A DNA stretch of 64,000 bases from Setoptus koraiensis (Eukaryota; Animalia; Arthropoda), in the NCBI GenBank assembly GCA_048013815.1, contig CM106586.1, positions 19,840,001-19,904,000 on the forward strand, read 5' to 3'. Numbering within the stretch: position 1 is the stretch's first letter; every line of letters starts with the position of its first letter. The translations under genes and the position numbers were made by a program. The notes beneath the pieces were generated by a model, which did not search any database, had not been told where the DNA came from, and worked only from the letters and a program-made list of their open reading frames with translations. This document shows, piece by piece, positions 13,475 to 26,588 of the stretch.

Positions 13475-16400
13475 GCAACATCAGCGCCATCAGTGATTAG
13501 TGAATAGCCAATAGGAACTGTCCCATTAGCTGCTGACCATTTAGTGAGTGCAATAGGAACTGCAGCATCGCGAAATCAACTTGGCGCTCACACTTGGCGC
13601 AACAGTGAGCCGGGCCTGTGTGAACACAATCTCAACAGTGTTTGTCTAGACAGGGTCACCTGAGAGAATCGGCGTCAGAGGGCCAACGAACTGTTGTCGT
13701 TACGGCCAGCGTATCGGTTGTGGCCAGCGACTTGGCATCCGGCGAGCCAGCGAGTATTTGCATCGACGGCCAGCGACACACCGAGCGAAAAACCAAGAGC
13801 CAGAAATCGGGCCGAAAAAACTCAAAAATTCAAATTTCAGTGATATTACATATTTCGTCTTAGCAGCTCGAAAATATGAGCCGCCATAAATTATTATTAT
13901 AAAAGTTACTAAAAATAAGCTATTTGCAAAAGAGTCAACTATCAAATGTCGCTGCATTGCGTCACTTAATTCACGAATAAATCATGAAATCAAATATTCA
14001 GACAGTGCAAACAGATCATATCATAACAGCAACAAGTGAAACTGATCGCCGCCGTCAACACTAACGATACGTCGTCGGCCAACAATTGTTGGCGAAAACA
14101 TCATTATCTGCTCATTAGCTGTTAGCTGCAACGGAACAGCAACAAGTGCCCAACTGCAACTTGATTATTTTTGGCGCCACCGCCACACATTTGATTCGTC
14201 TGGCGAGCCAACAATAATTCGCGATTGTCAGGTGAGTAGTAAGTCGATAAAACGAGCAACGAACCCTGAGTGCGCCATTCATGAGGCAATTCATTTCGGC
14301 GGCCGAAATCGGCGCTCAATTTCGGATGCCAACTTTTGGATGTTTTCGGCTGCGCCAAGTTTTTCGGCTTGTTTTGGCCGATCATTTGAGCCGCGTTTCG
14401 CCTTTGTCTCGTTGAGCAATTCGCAATTCTACAATGGGGACACTTTCGTCGCTGTCAGCACCATTAGCAGTTGTTGCAGCGATTGTTGTTGCGCAACAGC
14501 AAGCGCAGCAAACGAGAGGAAAAAATAAACTTTTCAATTGTGTCGCATTGTGTTGTGCGTATGACGGCGCTGGCCAGTCAGTTGGCCAGATTTGCGCCGG
14601 ACAGCTCATAATTGTGTCAACACTTGGCCGCATGGCCGCTAGCAAACAACAAGTGCAGCGATATGACTATGAACTCTAATTAGTCTTGCCGTTATCGTTG
14701 TTGTCGTCGTCGTCGTCGTTGTCGTCGTCGTCGCTGTTGTCGCTGTCATCGTCGTCGTTGTTGTTGTTGCGCCGATTCTCGGCCATCGCAGCCGTTAATT
14801 CACACACATACCAAGGCATATTCTCGCCGCGTCTCACTTTGTCGCAACAGTCGCCACCATGATAGATGATATTTGTATTAAATAATTCAAATTGACACCG
14901 CCGCCGTCCAGTCGTTTAGCCGGCCACTTGCCGGCCACTCGTCGGCCAGTGCCAGCCCGGCCGAGACTCCTCGGCTGACACTGTTAGGGGCAACATGCCA
15001 TTATGTAATAATGCCCGCTCGGCCACTTTGCGCAACGCACAGCCAGCTCGCTGCAAACAGCGCCCGTATGCTGGCGCCGAGCGCCGACACAACCTGTTGC
15101 CGGCCGCTGATTGACTTTGGCCGCTGTGCTCGCATGCTCATGCTATTATATTGTTGCATATCCATGTCTGCAGCAAATTTATTGTTGCTGTTGTAAAGTT
15201 GCTGGCTGTCAGCGAAAGCGTCGTATTTTCTCGGCAAAAGCGTCGGATTTTATGGTATCCCCGCGAAGCCGTTCTCTGTCCCTCTGTCGTTTCCTTGGCC
15301 GTTTTCGCTGGCCGCCGAACGATACGCAACCACTGCGACGACAGCAACAAATTGCGACGCTCAAATTTGAGCCGCACAGTCTCTCTTTGGCGAGCCGTAT
15401 CACTTGTGCCGATGCAACGGGCACAAGTATTCAGATTTAGCATTTATTGTGCTGGCTCGCCGCAATTCAGAAACTGATTTCGCCGGCAGAGAGTTTCTGT
15501 TCCTAGTTTGTTGCGTTGTGTTTATGTCGTTTTAAAAACATTGTTTCGTTTGTGGCTTGCCTGGCCACTGGTTGCTGGCGGCCGTTGTTAGGATTGTTAG
15601 GGGCGCCCGTCCAGCCAGAGCGCTGCCGAGGAGATCGTTGCAAAGTTGTTCGTGTAACACTCTCTCGCTCGCCGCAGACAGTCGTAGAAATTAAGATCGG
15701 CGCCATTCATTAGTTGGCCGGCCGCAGCAACAACAGCGACGACAGCAACAACGCCAACAACAGCGACAACAGCAACAACGCCAACAGAAGCGACAACAAC
15801 GGCAGCGAAATAACAAAAAGCAGCGACCACTTGAACCGGCTCGCATCTCATCAATCATCGCCACAGCGGCGGCTCGAGAATTCCGTTGGCAACGAGTTCG
15901 AGCGGCGGCCCGAGTGGCCAGCTCGAAAAAAGAGTTTGAAAAAAGGGACACAGGCGAAAATTCGCAGCAGCGTCTAATGAGCTGCGGCCGGTCGCTGGCG
16001 CCCGAACAGTCTATTTACGACAACAGACGCGGCAATTGGAGCCCATAAAACTGAACGCCAGCCGACTGGCCGACCATTGCCGAATGAATAGAATAGAGTT
16101 TTCTCGCCGAATGCACCGATGAAGTTGTTCGCCGGTACAACATGCCGGCGATACAACAGGCCGGCGATACAACGGGCCGGCGATACAACATGTTGCAGCG
16201 GCGATCGGCGGCAGCAACCGAAAGTGAATCGTTGTGGGCGCATCATCGCGATCACTCGATCGATCAATTATTGCCGCTCAAAATCACTGCCCGTTGCTTT
16301 TTGGCCCGGCCATTGCTCACCTCTGCGCTATCGGCTGGCGTCCGCTGCAACAATGACGCAACAGTGGCCGCAATCCGCTAATTGATGCGTTCGATTTCGG

Positions 16401-17358
16401 TTTGTTCCCTCTTTCGACTGGCCAGCGCATTCTAAAGCGCAAAGCTAGCGCCGCAAAACTCGAGCTCTGTCCAGCGGATTTCGGCAATTTCGGCACTTTC
16501 GATAGTGTCTGGATCGGCCAAGCGAAATGGCTCGTCTCGTGTGTCGAGCGAGCATCGGATTCAATCTGGAAAACTTGCGCAGCGGAATCGCTCGAGCCCA
16601 CAATTGTGGGCTGTCCCGCCATTCGGCCCGCAACTTCGGGCTGCCGAGATGAGCGATTGAGCCGGGCCGCCGGGCCAACTTTGTCGGGCAACGCCGAACA
16701 GCTGACCGGAGCACATAAATAAATACGGCACGGCGAGCGCGAGTTTATGCCGAGCCGTCAAGTTGGCATGCTAAAATGCGTAATTGGCCCGGCCGTCAGT
16801 GGTTATTGTGTGAACGAACCGGCCAAGAATCGCTCGCTGGTTGACCGTCCGTCCACACGGCCGACAAACTGGCCGTGGCTGGCCAAAGTGACACTTGTGC
16901 CGTTGCGGTATCCATGGCCGAAATGAAAATTGAGCGGACTGTCCGAGCGGGCGAGCGGTTGCGCTGGTTGGACCGACCAAAAAGGTCCCACGAAGCGAGT
17001 TGTTTGTTTTGCAAAGCGGCCGCGCAGCGCAAACAAACTTGTCAATCACTGTTGGCGACTGTCGTGTACGGCGCAATTTGCGAGACAGTGTGCGAGAGAG
17101 ACAAATTGCAATTATTTTGGCGCTGCCGTCGCTGGCCGGTAACTGGCACCGACGCGAACCGACCGGCCACTGCGACCGTCGACCGTCCGACTGCGACAGC
17201 CGAGCGGCGGAGCGGCCGCCACAACCGAGCGAGCGGCCGGCCGGCTGACCGATCGAGTGTTACGATACTGGGCCGGCGCGCTGTCAGAGCGGCCGGTGCC
17301 CACAGTGACGGCGGACGACACCTAAGCGATGACCTTCGGGCATTTCGGGCATTCCGCC

Positions 17359-17426
17359 GGGCATTGAATTGCGGCGGGCAGTGAATTACGGCGGGCATTG
17401 GTATACGGCGGGCATTGAATTACGGC
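17359..17426 (+). repeat. 17-bp minisatellite, 4 units (gggcattgaattacggc consensus)
   Basis: Units start at 17359, 17376, 17393 and 17410, with few substitutions. Confidence 0.9.
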
Positions 17427-18110
17427 GAGCTCGGGCGAGCGTCGGCCGAGAAAAGTGGCCAAAGTGGCCAAAGTGGCCAAAGTGGCAGCCGCATTTTCGG
17501 CTCATCACTCAAACGGCGAGTCCGTTGCCAGTGGCCTGGGCCGTCGTTGTTGGGCCAATTTTCGACACGGGCGACGCTTGTCAGCCGTTGTGTTGTCTCG
17601 TCGCGCTGAACTATCGACCCATAAATACCGAGCGTCGCTGGCGCTGCCATGACGCAACTGCCAATCGGCCGGCAGGAATCTTCGAGTCGAGCGATAATGA
17701 CGAGCGACGGCCATTAGACAGCGGCCAGAGCACAAAAAGTATGAAATACAACCACGGCCAACGGCCATTGGCCATCGCCGAGAGAATATGTTAATGCGAG
17801 TGCGCTCGGTGTGATGAGACGTCAATCACTAATTGACACCGAACGGCATTGTTTGTCGTGTACATCGCCAATCGCCAGTCCGACAGCGATCTCGCCAACT
17901 AATAGATATCTGACTGGCTGTCACAGTGTACGAGATCACACTATTTAGACAGTGTGTTTAGCCTGCGTTTCAAGCCATTTCTGGCCGGCAGTTTTCATTT
18001 GAGAAATGCCATTTCACTCAAGCCGTTTGAGTGGCGTACGCTAATCAAATAAACACACAAAGTGTGATATCACGCAACACACATTTAATTTGATACAACA
18101 AATACAACAA

Positions 18111-18195
18111 GCGGCCCGACATTTCAGGCGGCCCGATATTGCGGGCGGCCCGACATTTCAGACGGGCCCGTATCTCAGGCGGGCCGGTATCGCGG
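18111..18195 (+). repeat. 17-bp minisatellite, 5 units (gcggcccgacatttcag consensus)
   Basis: Units start at 18111, 18128, 18145, 18162 and 18179. Confidence 0.88.
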
Positions 18196-19952
18196 GCAGA
18201 CAGATGGATAATAATAACAATTGTTTGCCAGAACGAACGAATCTGAATATTGATTAGGCTCGCGAGTCGCGACAGGGCCTTGGGCGTCGCCATCGCGTAA
18301 CAGTGTTACGTAACAGCGCGCACTTCCTATTTTTCGACGCGGCCATTATTGTCGGCGTCACTGGGAGCGAGCGCGACAACCACCGAGCCAGTGAAAATTT
18401 ATGTGACACGCATGCGAATTGCACGCCACCACCAATATCTGACAAGGCATGTGTGGCCGCATTTGCATAATCAACTGACTGATTCCTTTCGTCGCTGCAA
18501 TCACTGCAATGGGCCCACTGGGCTATATATTACATAATAAATACAAATAACACATGATAGTATTATGATTCGTGTGGTCAGTTTGTGGTCGCGGCGACAC
18601 TTGTTGCTACCGGTGCCCAAAGTGCCAACGATGGCGGCAGCATAGCGTTCGGTTTCCACTGCAGACTGACCAGCGCAAACTGACCAGCGCAAACTGACCA
18701 GCGCAAACTGACCAGCAGGTAGCGCTGTGTTGACGCGTTGATGTGTCAATGTGCAGTGACTGTTGCTGGTCAGTTGGTTTTAGTTGTTATTTTGGTTGTG
18801 TGGCGCGACCAGCGAGTGGCGGACGCACAAACGGAGCGACAAATCGGCCGGTAGCCCAGTTGTGACCAGTGGCACAATACGACAGTCAGATCAATATCAA
18901 TTAAGTTGCAGTCGCCACTTGCAGTTGTTGTCAGTTCCGCCATGGCTGGCCGCGCACTGGCCGAACACTGGCCGAACACTGACGGCCGAACACTGACGGC
19001 CGAACGGGTCAGTTTGAGTCAGCTGATCAGTTTCATTAGATGAAAGATTTTGAATTTCCTGTATTTGCAGCGCTGAACAACCAATCGGCCAAGTGGCCAA
19101 TCGCTAACGGTGCATGCTGTTTTGTGTAATTGTGTGTGTGTGTGTGTGTGTTTGTTTGCACACTGACGCTTGCATAACATCTCACACTTTATTTGTGAGC
19201 TCACTGTTACGCAACTATCAGTTATTCACCTGTTGGCTTGCATCATCAGCGAACGAGCAGTTGCCCGTACAACGGGTCTGTCGCAACACATCGCAATGGC
19301 TGGTTGGTTGCGAGAGACTGTCTGCGAATGCGTTTGCAGGGATGCAAAAATGCGATAATGCGCGAATGCGAAAATGCAAAAATGCAAAAATGCGCCAATC
19401 GGCCCAGTGGCAATCAATCTCGGCCAGCTCGATTGCGTCGAAATGGAGCGAGCGGAGAATGCTGAATGCTGAATGGGAATCGCGCGTTCGGTCGCTCGTC
19501 GGCGGCACTGGCAAGCGGCGCAGAGCGGAGACATTGCAACGAGCGACGACAGCCAGACACGACAATGATCGATATTTATCAATTATCCACCAGTGAGACG
19601 CCAGTGTCAGTTTGATTAATTAGAGTAATTGGAGCGAGCCCGAGCGAGTGTGTGGCGATTGTGTGTCGGCCGGCGTCGCTTCGGGGCTCCATCCATCAAC
19701 ACGCCGGCGAGACGCCCGATGAGCGATTCGCGATCACACCACAGCGATTCGCGATCAAACTGCAGCGATTCGCGAAACTGACAAAACAATCGACCGTGGG
19801 CATTGTTGATCCGAGTTTCAAATTGCGAAACGCTCGTCCGTGCGCGCTTGTGTTTGCGCAAACACTGACACTGATTGCGTTGCAATCAATTAATTGAATT
19901 GAAGATGGCGCACAGGGTCACAGGGTTTTGTCCCGTTCGCCTTTGTTGGCGT

Positions 19953-20028
19953 GCCAAGCGATCTTGCCACAGCCAAGCGATCTTGCCAAAGCCAAGCGAT
20001 CTTGCCAGAGCCGAGCGATCTTGTCAGA
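19953..20028 (+). repeat. 19-bp tandem repeat, 4 units (gccaagcgatcttgccaNa)
   Basis: Units start at 19953, 19972, 19991 and 20010. Confidence 0.9.
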
Positions 20029-21863
20029 GCCAGCGGCCAATCTCATTAGCGTAATTAAAGCCGTAAGTCGTCGGCGTAAAAAAAATGTCGCCAGCGAAAC
20101 GCATGCACGGGCTGCCAATGATACACATTTTCGGTTCGGTTGCCAGTTGCGGCACGGATAAGTTGGCAGACGCGCGCGCCTACAAATAGAAATGTACAAG
20201 TTGATACAATAAATTGTGTGTATAAATATATATATGATAATGAAATAATTTCGCAAACGGATTTTTGTCAGCGCGAGCTGTTGCGCGAGCGTCTACAATC
20301 AAAGTTTACAAGAAGAACAAAAATAAATAATTGCCCGTGCCGGCACAACAGCCAGCGCCAAATGCATGCAGGCGAATATGCAAATAGGTGGGTGGCAAAG
20401 GTTGCCGCGAGCAGGGGCACAAAGTGCGACCGGCGAAACGCGTACGGCGAGGGGAGAGAGCGTTCGAACGGAGAGAGTTTTGTTGTAAAAAGTGTTGCGT
20501 TTTGTTCGAGAAAAACGTTTTGTTGAATCGATGATAATCTTCGCCTAATTGAAAGCGCAAGCGTGCTCTTTCGGCCCGTTCTGTTGGCATTTGGCCGCTC
20601 GGCTCGCCGTTTGCAACTTAATTCAATTGACGATGTCTGCTGGGGCATCGATAACGTCCTTCGTCCATGAGACTGAATGGTAATTATAACATTGTTTCGA
20701 GCGATCATTGAATTGTTTCGTTGACTGTTTCGGCTAATCGACCACTCAAATTCTTTTTCGTGTGTCGTGCCTTGATTTTGCAAACATATCGCTGACACGC
20801 TTGCCAGACAGCCGTAGGTCTTACAGCGATCCGTTTGTTTGCGTTTGCGTTGGTTCTTTCGCGAGCCCTTTGTTGCCATGAATTAACCTTTGCCTGTCGC
20901 CTCTATCGCTCGCATAGTCACTATCAGTTCCATCAATCATCTCGCCAGCCCGAGATAAGCGCTATCTCAGCGGGCGACGGTGCCTTGAGACGCGCTGGCA
21001 ACTGTTGCGCCAGTCTCAGACAGTCGCAAACAGTTTGCCAAACGGAGTTTGGCGCGTCGCGGCGCGAGCCTCGCAAACTCGCGAACTTGTCGAATTTCAG
21101 CAAGTTTGAACCTGTTCAGACTGTGCTGCCCATTGGAAAAAAAAACCCAGGATAAAGGTAACACCTAAGTTGCCTTGTGGGCAGCGCGTCCGAAAAAGCT
21201 TGTTCCATCGGCCATCTCGCCGCGGATATTTCTGGCCGTGCCGGCGCGGATATTTTTGGCTCTCGCGAGCCGGCCGCTCGACCCGTGATGAGGCGAAATT
21301 GAGCGCGAAGCGATCAGCGAACAGCCCAAAACGGCAACATGCTCATTTGTTGTTGCGTCAGAGGTGTGCTCGGTTGCGTGCCAGCGAACGAGTGCCAGTT
21401 GACGTCGATGACCTGTCAGAGCTCTCGTTACACATCGGTGTGTGTCGTCATTTGACAGTGGTCAGTTTAATTGGCATGTTTGGCAAGTCGAGCAGCATCA
21501 ATGGCAAACATGAGCGAATGTGATGACGAGTTGTTGTTGCTGTTGTCGTCGTTTTGTGTGGTGGCCCGATGGTCGCAAACAAAGCATGTGAACGAAAAGT
21601 CAAAAAGCAAGTCAAATTGCACTCATGGCATCGCAAGCCAAATGCAAATGAGGCGACGATGTGTATCAATTGTGTGACACACAAACACACATTCGTTGCT
21701 TGATAACGGTTGTTGTGTCAAGTGCAATGAATCATGATGAGTTTGTCGTGCGATAATAGCCTGATATTTATATCATCAATCAGCTGCTTTCATTTGCTTG
21801 TGTGCCAACAAAACGCTATTTGCTGCCAATTGAGCCACACATTACGTAATGCCACTAACAGCT

Positions 21864-21865
<2 letters not shown>

Positions 21866-21913
<48 letters not shown>
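21866..21913 (+). repeat. (TG)n microsatellite, about 24 units
   Basis: Read directly. Confidence 0.95.
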
Positions 21914-21914
<1 letters not shown>

Positions 21915-22822
21915 ATTGTTCACAGGACAGGTGGTCTGGTGTGTCAGCTGGTGCGGCCGTCGGGGTGGTCAGTTGGGCCAGTTTTGTTGTGCCGGCTGCT
22001 TTGTTTTAGTTGGTTGGCGCCGATGTGAGCTCGCCGCCGCGGCCATCATGATGCTAATGATGTCGCTATTAGTCATGCCGGCCACACAAACAAACAAACG
22101 GACACTCCGTTGTTGCTGTCGGTTGTTGCCTTTGGTTGTTGCTGTCGGTTGTTGCTGTCGGTTGTTGTTTCACGCCGTTGTTTTGGGCTGGTGTTGTGGT
22201 CTGCTGTTGCGCAATGCCATTTTCTACGGCTGTGTGAGCGTCGATGCTGGCTCATAACAAACAAATTCAGAAATCAGATCACACAGGATTGCGCCGTGAT
22301 TCACGACGCAATCTGTGCACACAATTTGTGGTGCTCACGTAAACAAACAACAGCAATTAGAGCCGGACGGCCGGCCGACCGGCCCACATTTTATGCGCTG
22401 TCAGGCTGGCCGAGGCGACACCAAGCGACCAGCGACTGGAACAATAATTGCGCAATAATTTATAAATGATGCCAGCGATGCAGCGGCCGATGCACAATCA
22501 CGACCGGTGAATTATACTCACTGCTGTGCGCACCGCATATCCGTTCACATATCCGTCTGCCTATCTAGACAATTGTGGCTTGTGGCAAGTCACCTGAGCA
22601 GTCACCTGAGCGGTCAGCTGTGCCGGCGGCCGACCAATGGAAAGTGACGGCACCTGTCGTGCGATAGCGCCAACATTGCCATCGAGATATGATGCGAGAG
22701 GCGACACTGGCAGCAATCGATTGGGCTCGCATTCCTGGGGCGCCTCGCCGGCCGCCCACACTGCCCGGCCGGCATGATCATATATCACTGGCGTGTTATG
22801 ACTGCGCGTTAGATTGCGAACA

Positions 22823-23031
22823 GAAAAATGGAGAGAGGTAGAAAGGTGAAACGGAAAACGGGAAAATGGAAAAAGGTGAAACCGAAAAACCGAAAAATGG
22901 AAAAATGGAAAAACGAAAAACGGAAAAATCGACAAAGAAAAAATACAAAAATGGAAAATGGCGAAGGGAAAATGGGAAAAAGAGAAAAATGGAAAAGGGG
23001 GAAAGGTAAAATGGAAAAAGGGAAAATATGA
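22823..23031 (+). repeat. Degenerate purine-rich GGAAAA(A)T-type repeat tract
   Basis: About 200 bp, strongly A/G-biased on the + strand, with repeated ggaaaa / cgaaaaa cores. Confidence 0.8.
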
Positions 23032-23924
23032 TCGGCCCACGACAACGATGAGTCGTGTGTAATGTGTGCCGGAAGTGCGCTAACGGGCGGCTCATGCCGC
23101 GACATATCGTAATGGCATACAGGCAATGTGTTGCCGAGGGCGCGATCTCCTTGGCCGGTCGGGCCCGATTGTGCGATTGTGATTGTGGAAATGCGATTTC
23201 GGATTTGCGATTCGAGAAATTAGAGATTCGCGAATTGTGGAATGGCAACTAGAAACGTAACTCTAGAATGGAATGCAAGCGACGACCATAGCCGACGGAA
23301 TAATGAGAGAAATGATGTCACTCGTGATCGGGTGCGATGCAATTGCTACACCGACCATTTGCTAAACGACGACGACGACGACGACGACGCATCATGATCG
23401 CCGGCTATCGTCAAACTGGCTAGACCGGGCAGAGGATGGATCATGTTGCAAGAACAGGTTGTCGTCGCTGGGTCATGTTGCATCATTTGCTGTCATTTGC
23501 TTGCGATGCCGACTGGACAGCATCTTGTGCATTTGTGAGCCGGTCACTTGTGGCCTGAGCATGGGCACAAGTGCAAACTTATCTCAAGTAATCGATCGAC
23601 CGGTGTGAGAGTGGCGCAAATGCAAGTTGTGCAATAGTTGTGCAAATTGAAAAGAAGGGCCAACACTTTTCGATTTGACTTGGGCAAACTGTTTGCGCAC
23701 ACAAAATCATCACGCCAGCCGATACACACAAAGGATACAACAATAGACACAACGAGGCCTCGAGAGAGTTATCGAGTTTCAATAATCACGACTGGCCAGT
23801 GTCCATGTGTTGCGTAACATATTTTGCAACAGCAACCACTTGTGGCCACTTCGATTGTGGCAACAATGTCGTCATGTTACGTCATTGTGTTTGCAACTTT
23901 TGTAACAGTTAACGTCGCTAACTG

Positions 23925-23925
<1 letters not shown>

Positions 23926-23959
<34 letters not shown>
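23926..23959 (+). repeat. (TG)n microsatellite, about 17 units
   Basis: Read directly. Confidence 0.95.
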
Positions 23960-23960
<1 letters not shown>

Positions 23961-25339
23961 CAAAGAGAAGATCCATGTCAGTCGGTCGGCCAGGTATTCG
24001 TGCCGTTAGCGAGCCACGCCACAATGGTCAGAAATGGCGGCGGCGGCGGCGGCAGCGCTGTGAGCACTCTGGCGAGACATGGCCAGCTCAAAGTTACGCA
24101 ATATCGGCCAATAATGTTACATAAGGCCCGTAGTGGCGCTGTGGCGGTATTGCGCAACACACTAGCGCGGCGATAACAGTTATGTAATGATGATAATGAT
24201 AATAATAATAGATTGCGGCCAGCGGCACCCAGTCGGCCGCTCTATCGGCGCTGGGCGCGCCAAGACACGACAAGACAAAAGCTGCAACCGCAACAAGTGC
24301 AGCAATGCTAGAAAGTGTGCATGTTGCATGAAAGTTGATGTTACGTAACAGCGGTTGATGTGGAGCGCCCGCTGCAGCCGTCGAAATCGCCAATGGAAAC
24401 GAGTTTTGATTTTTTGTTGTATTTTTTTTTTCGTTACGTTACGTTACGTTACGTTACATGTTCAAACGTTCATTCAAAACGCTGTCGTCCGCTACTTAAC
24501 AGGTTGCGGCAACTCGGCCGGCCGCCGCAACCGATTGTCCGCTCTCGAATGGAGCGCTGAGTGTGTTCGATTGATCTAGATATCTATCACACTCAAGATG
24601 ATGATTATTATTATTATTGTTATTTCGGCCAACATGCGCACAGTTTGTCGCGTCTTGTTTGACCATTTTTGGTCAGGCGCGATTTAGGACTGAATTGATA
24701 CCGTTGCGTCGCCTTGCTAACTCATCAGCAAGCGCATGCGATCTCACAAGAGCGTCTCAGATAAAGTGTAAAAACACAATAGGCGATATGTTGTCCTTTA
24801 TGGCGCCATATCGCCATTTAACAAACATTGTCGTCGCAATGAGGAAGCATCACATTCACTCACGTTACGTAAGCTGTACTCATTTTATTAAGCGCCACCT
24901 ATTCACCTGTTGCGCCAAGCGCAACTTGAAGTGAAGTATTACGTCGAGTGGCTCGCCAGTGCTGAGTGACTGGCACTGGCGACTCGCTCAACGTAATAGA
25001 GATAAATGAGAGATAAATATTGTGATGGAGAAAGGAATCACTTTCGAGCTGAAAGTTTGCACTTTAGTTAACCATTAGTCCCATTGAGCATTTGCCGTGT
25101 ATTTGTTCAACATTCATCGCCTGGCCGTGTTTGCTCTGGTTAGTTGTCATTACTGTTGTTCAATTCACTTGGCTAACACACAGTTTGAATGCTGTCATCC
25201 AAATCATCATCGTGGTAATTACTCAATGAACAAATGAAGTTTGCAAAAATCATTTTATTAACGCACACACAATTATGTTTACTGCTCATTCTTGCATGAT
25301 TCTTGGCCCATTCTTGCCAGCCACCCCAACAATAGAAAA

Positions 25340-25432
25340 ATGATTTTTTTCCGAGAGATGATGATTTTTCCGAGAGATGATGATTTTTTTTCAGAAAGAT
25401 GATGATTTTTTTCAGAGAGATGATGATTTTTC
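25340..25432 (+). repeat. About 5 tandem units of gatgatgat(T)nc(c/a)gaga, 19-22 bp
   Basis: Read directly; the unit length varies through the T-run. Confidence 0.85.
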
Positions 25433-26588
25433 AAGTAAAATCAGAAAAAAGAAGGGATAGAAAAACGCCCCGAAAAAAATCCCGAAAAAAGTCACGCACT
25501 CATTTTTCGGGTGATTTTGCTGAGGCTCGCCAATAAAAGTGTGTCGCTATGATTTATTGTGTCCGCTTTGATTTATTGTGTCTGCTATCGAATGCTCTCT
25601 CGGGGGAGATTTCTCTTTTTTCCAGGGAGAAACTTTGTGCCGCGAAAAGGTCAATCGAGACCAATTGTAGTGTGAATTGTATTGCATGTACAACAACGAA
25701 ACACCCCAAATAAATGGCCCAGAACGTGATTGCATCGGCGGCGCAAATTGTGTCACAGTTGCAGTGTCTTGTTCCGTTAGCGCGAACACAATGCGATACA
25801 ATGCGATACGATGCGATACGATGCGATACGATGTGTACGATGGCCAGAAATTGACAAACAGTCAATTTGTGGCAATTGTCAAAAATAGAAAGAAATGAGA
25901 CTCATTTATTGTATTATTGTTATTTTTCTTCCTATCGTTTTCACAACACAGCAGCAGCGACAGCGACAGGCTCACCGGGCTGACAGGCAGAGAAAGTGAG
26001 TTAAACATGATTATATCAATCAAAGTGATGCACGCACCCCAATCGCACCTAGTATCAGCAGCGTTGGCGAGAGCAATTGATTCATTGGCACCGTCAGAGA
26101 GGACGGCAGACAGGCATCGAGGAGGAGCACCGTCACTAATGCGCTCAACAGCAACAACGGCAACAACAATACAACAAAATCATCGGCAACAACAGCACAA
26201 CAAAATCATCAACAGCGCCGTCTAGACAGTGACAGGCAGAGAAAGTGGTTCTTGCGTCACATGGTCATCTCTGACATATGTCGTGTGCAACGACGGCACT
26301 CACCTGAGCCAGCAACAACAACGACAGCAACACCAGCGACAACATCACCGACAACAACAACAGCGACAGCAGCAGCGACGCCGAGACAGTCGTCATAGTG
26401 AGTGATAGCGACGCAGTCGACGGACGGAGCTCGCCGGCGCGGGCACAAATCAGAAACAAAACGAGACAGTTAGACACAGCAACGACAACAAATCAGATGC
26501 GGTCCGATCGCGGCGCAAACAACAAAACAACAGTTACGACAACAAACAACAACGGCGATCAGTTAACGGTGCAGCAGCAGCAGCAAAT

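Noticed and set aside
17359-20028. Repeat arrays as possible CRISPR
   Set aside because: Units are directly tandem with no unique spacers, there are no cas genes, and the context is eukaryotic.
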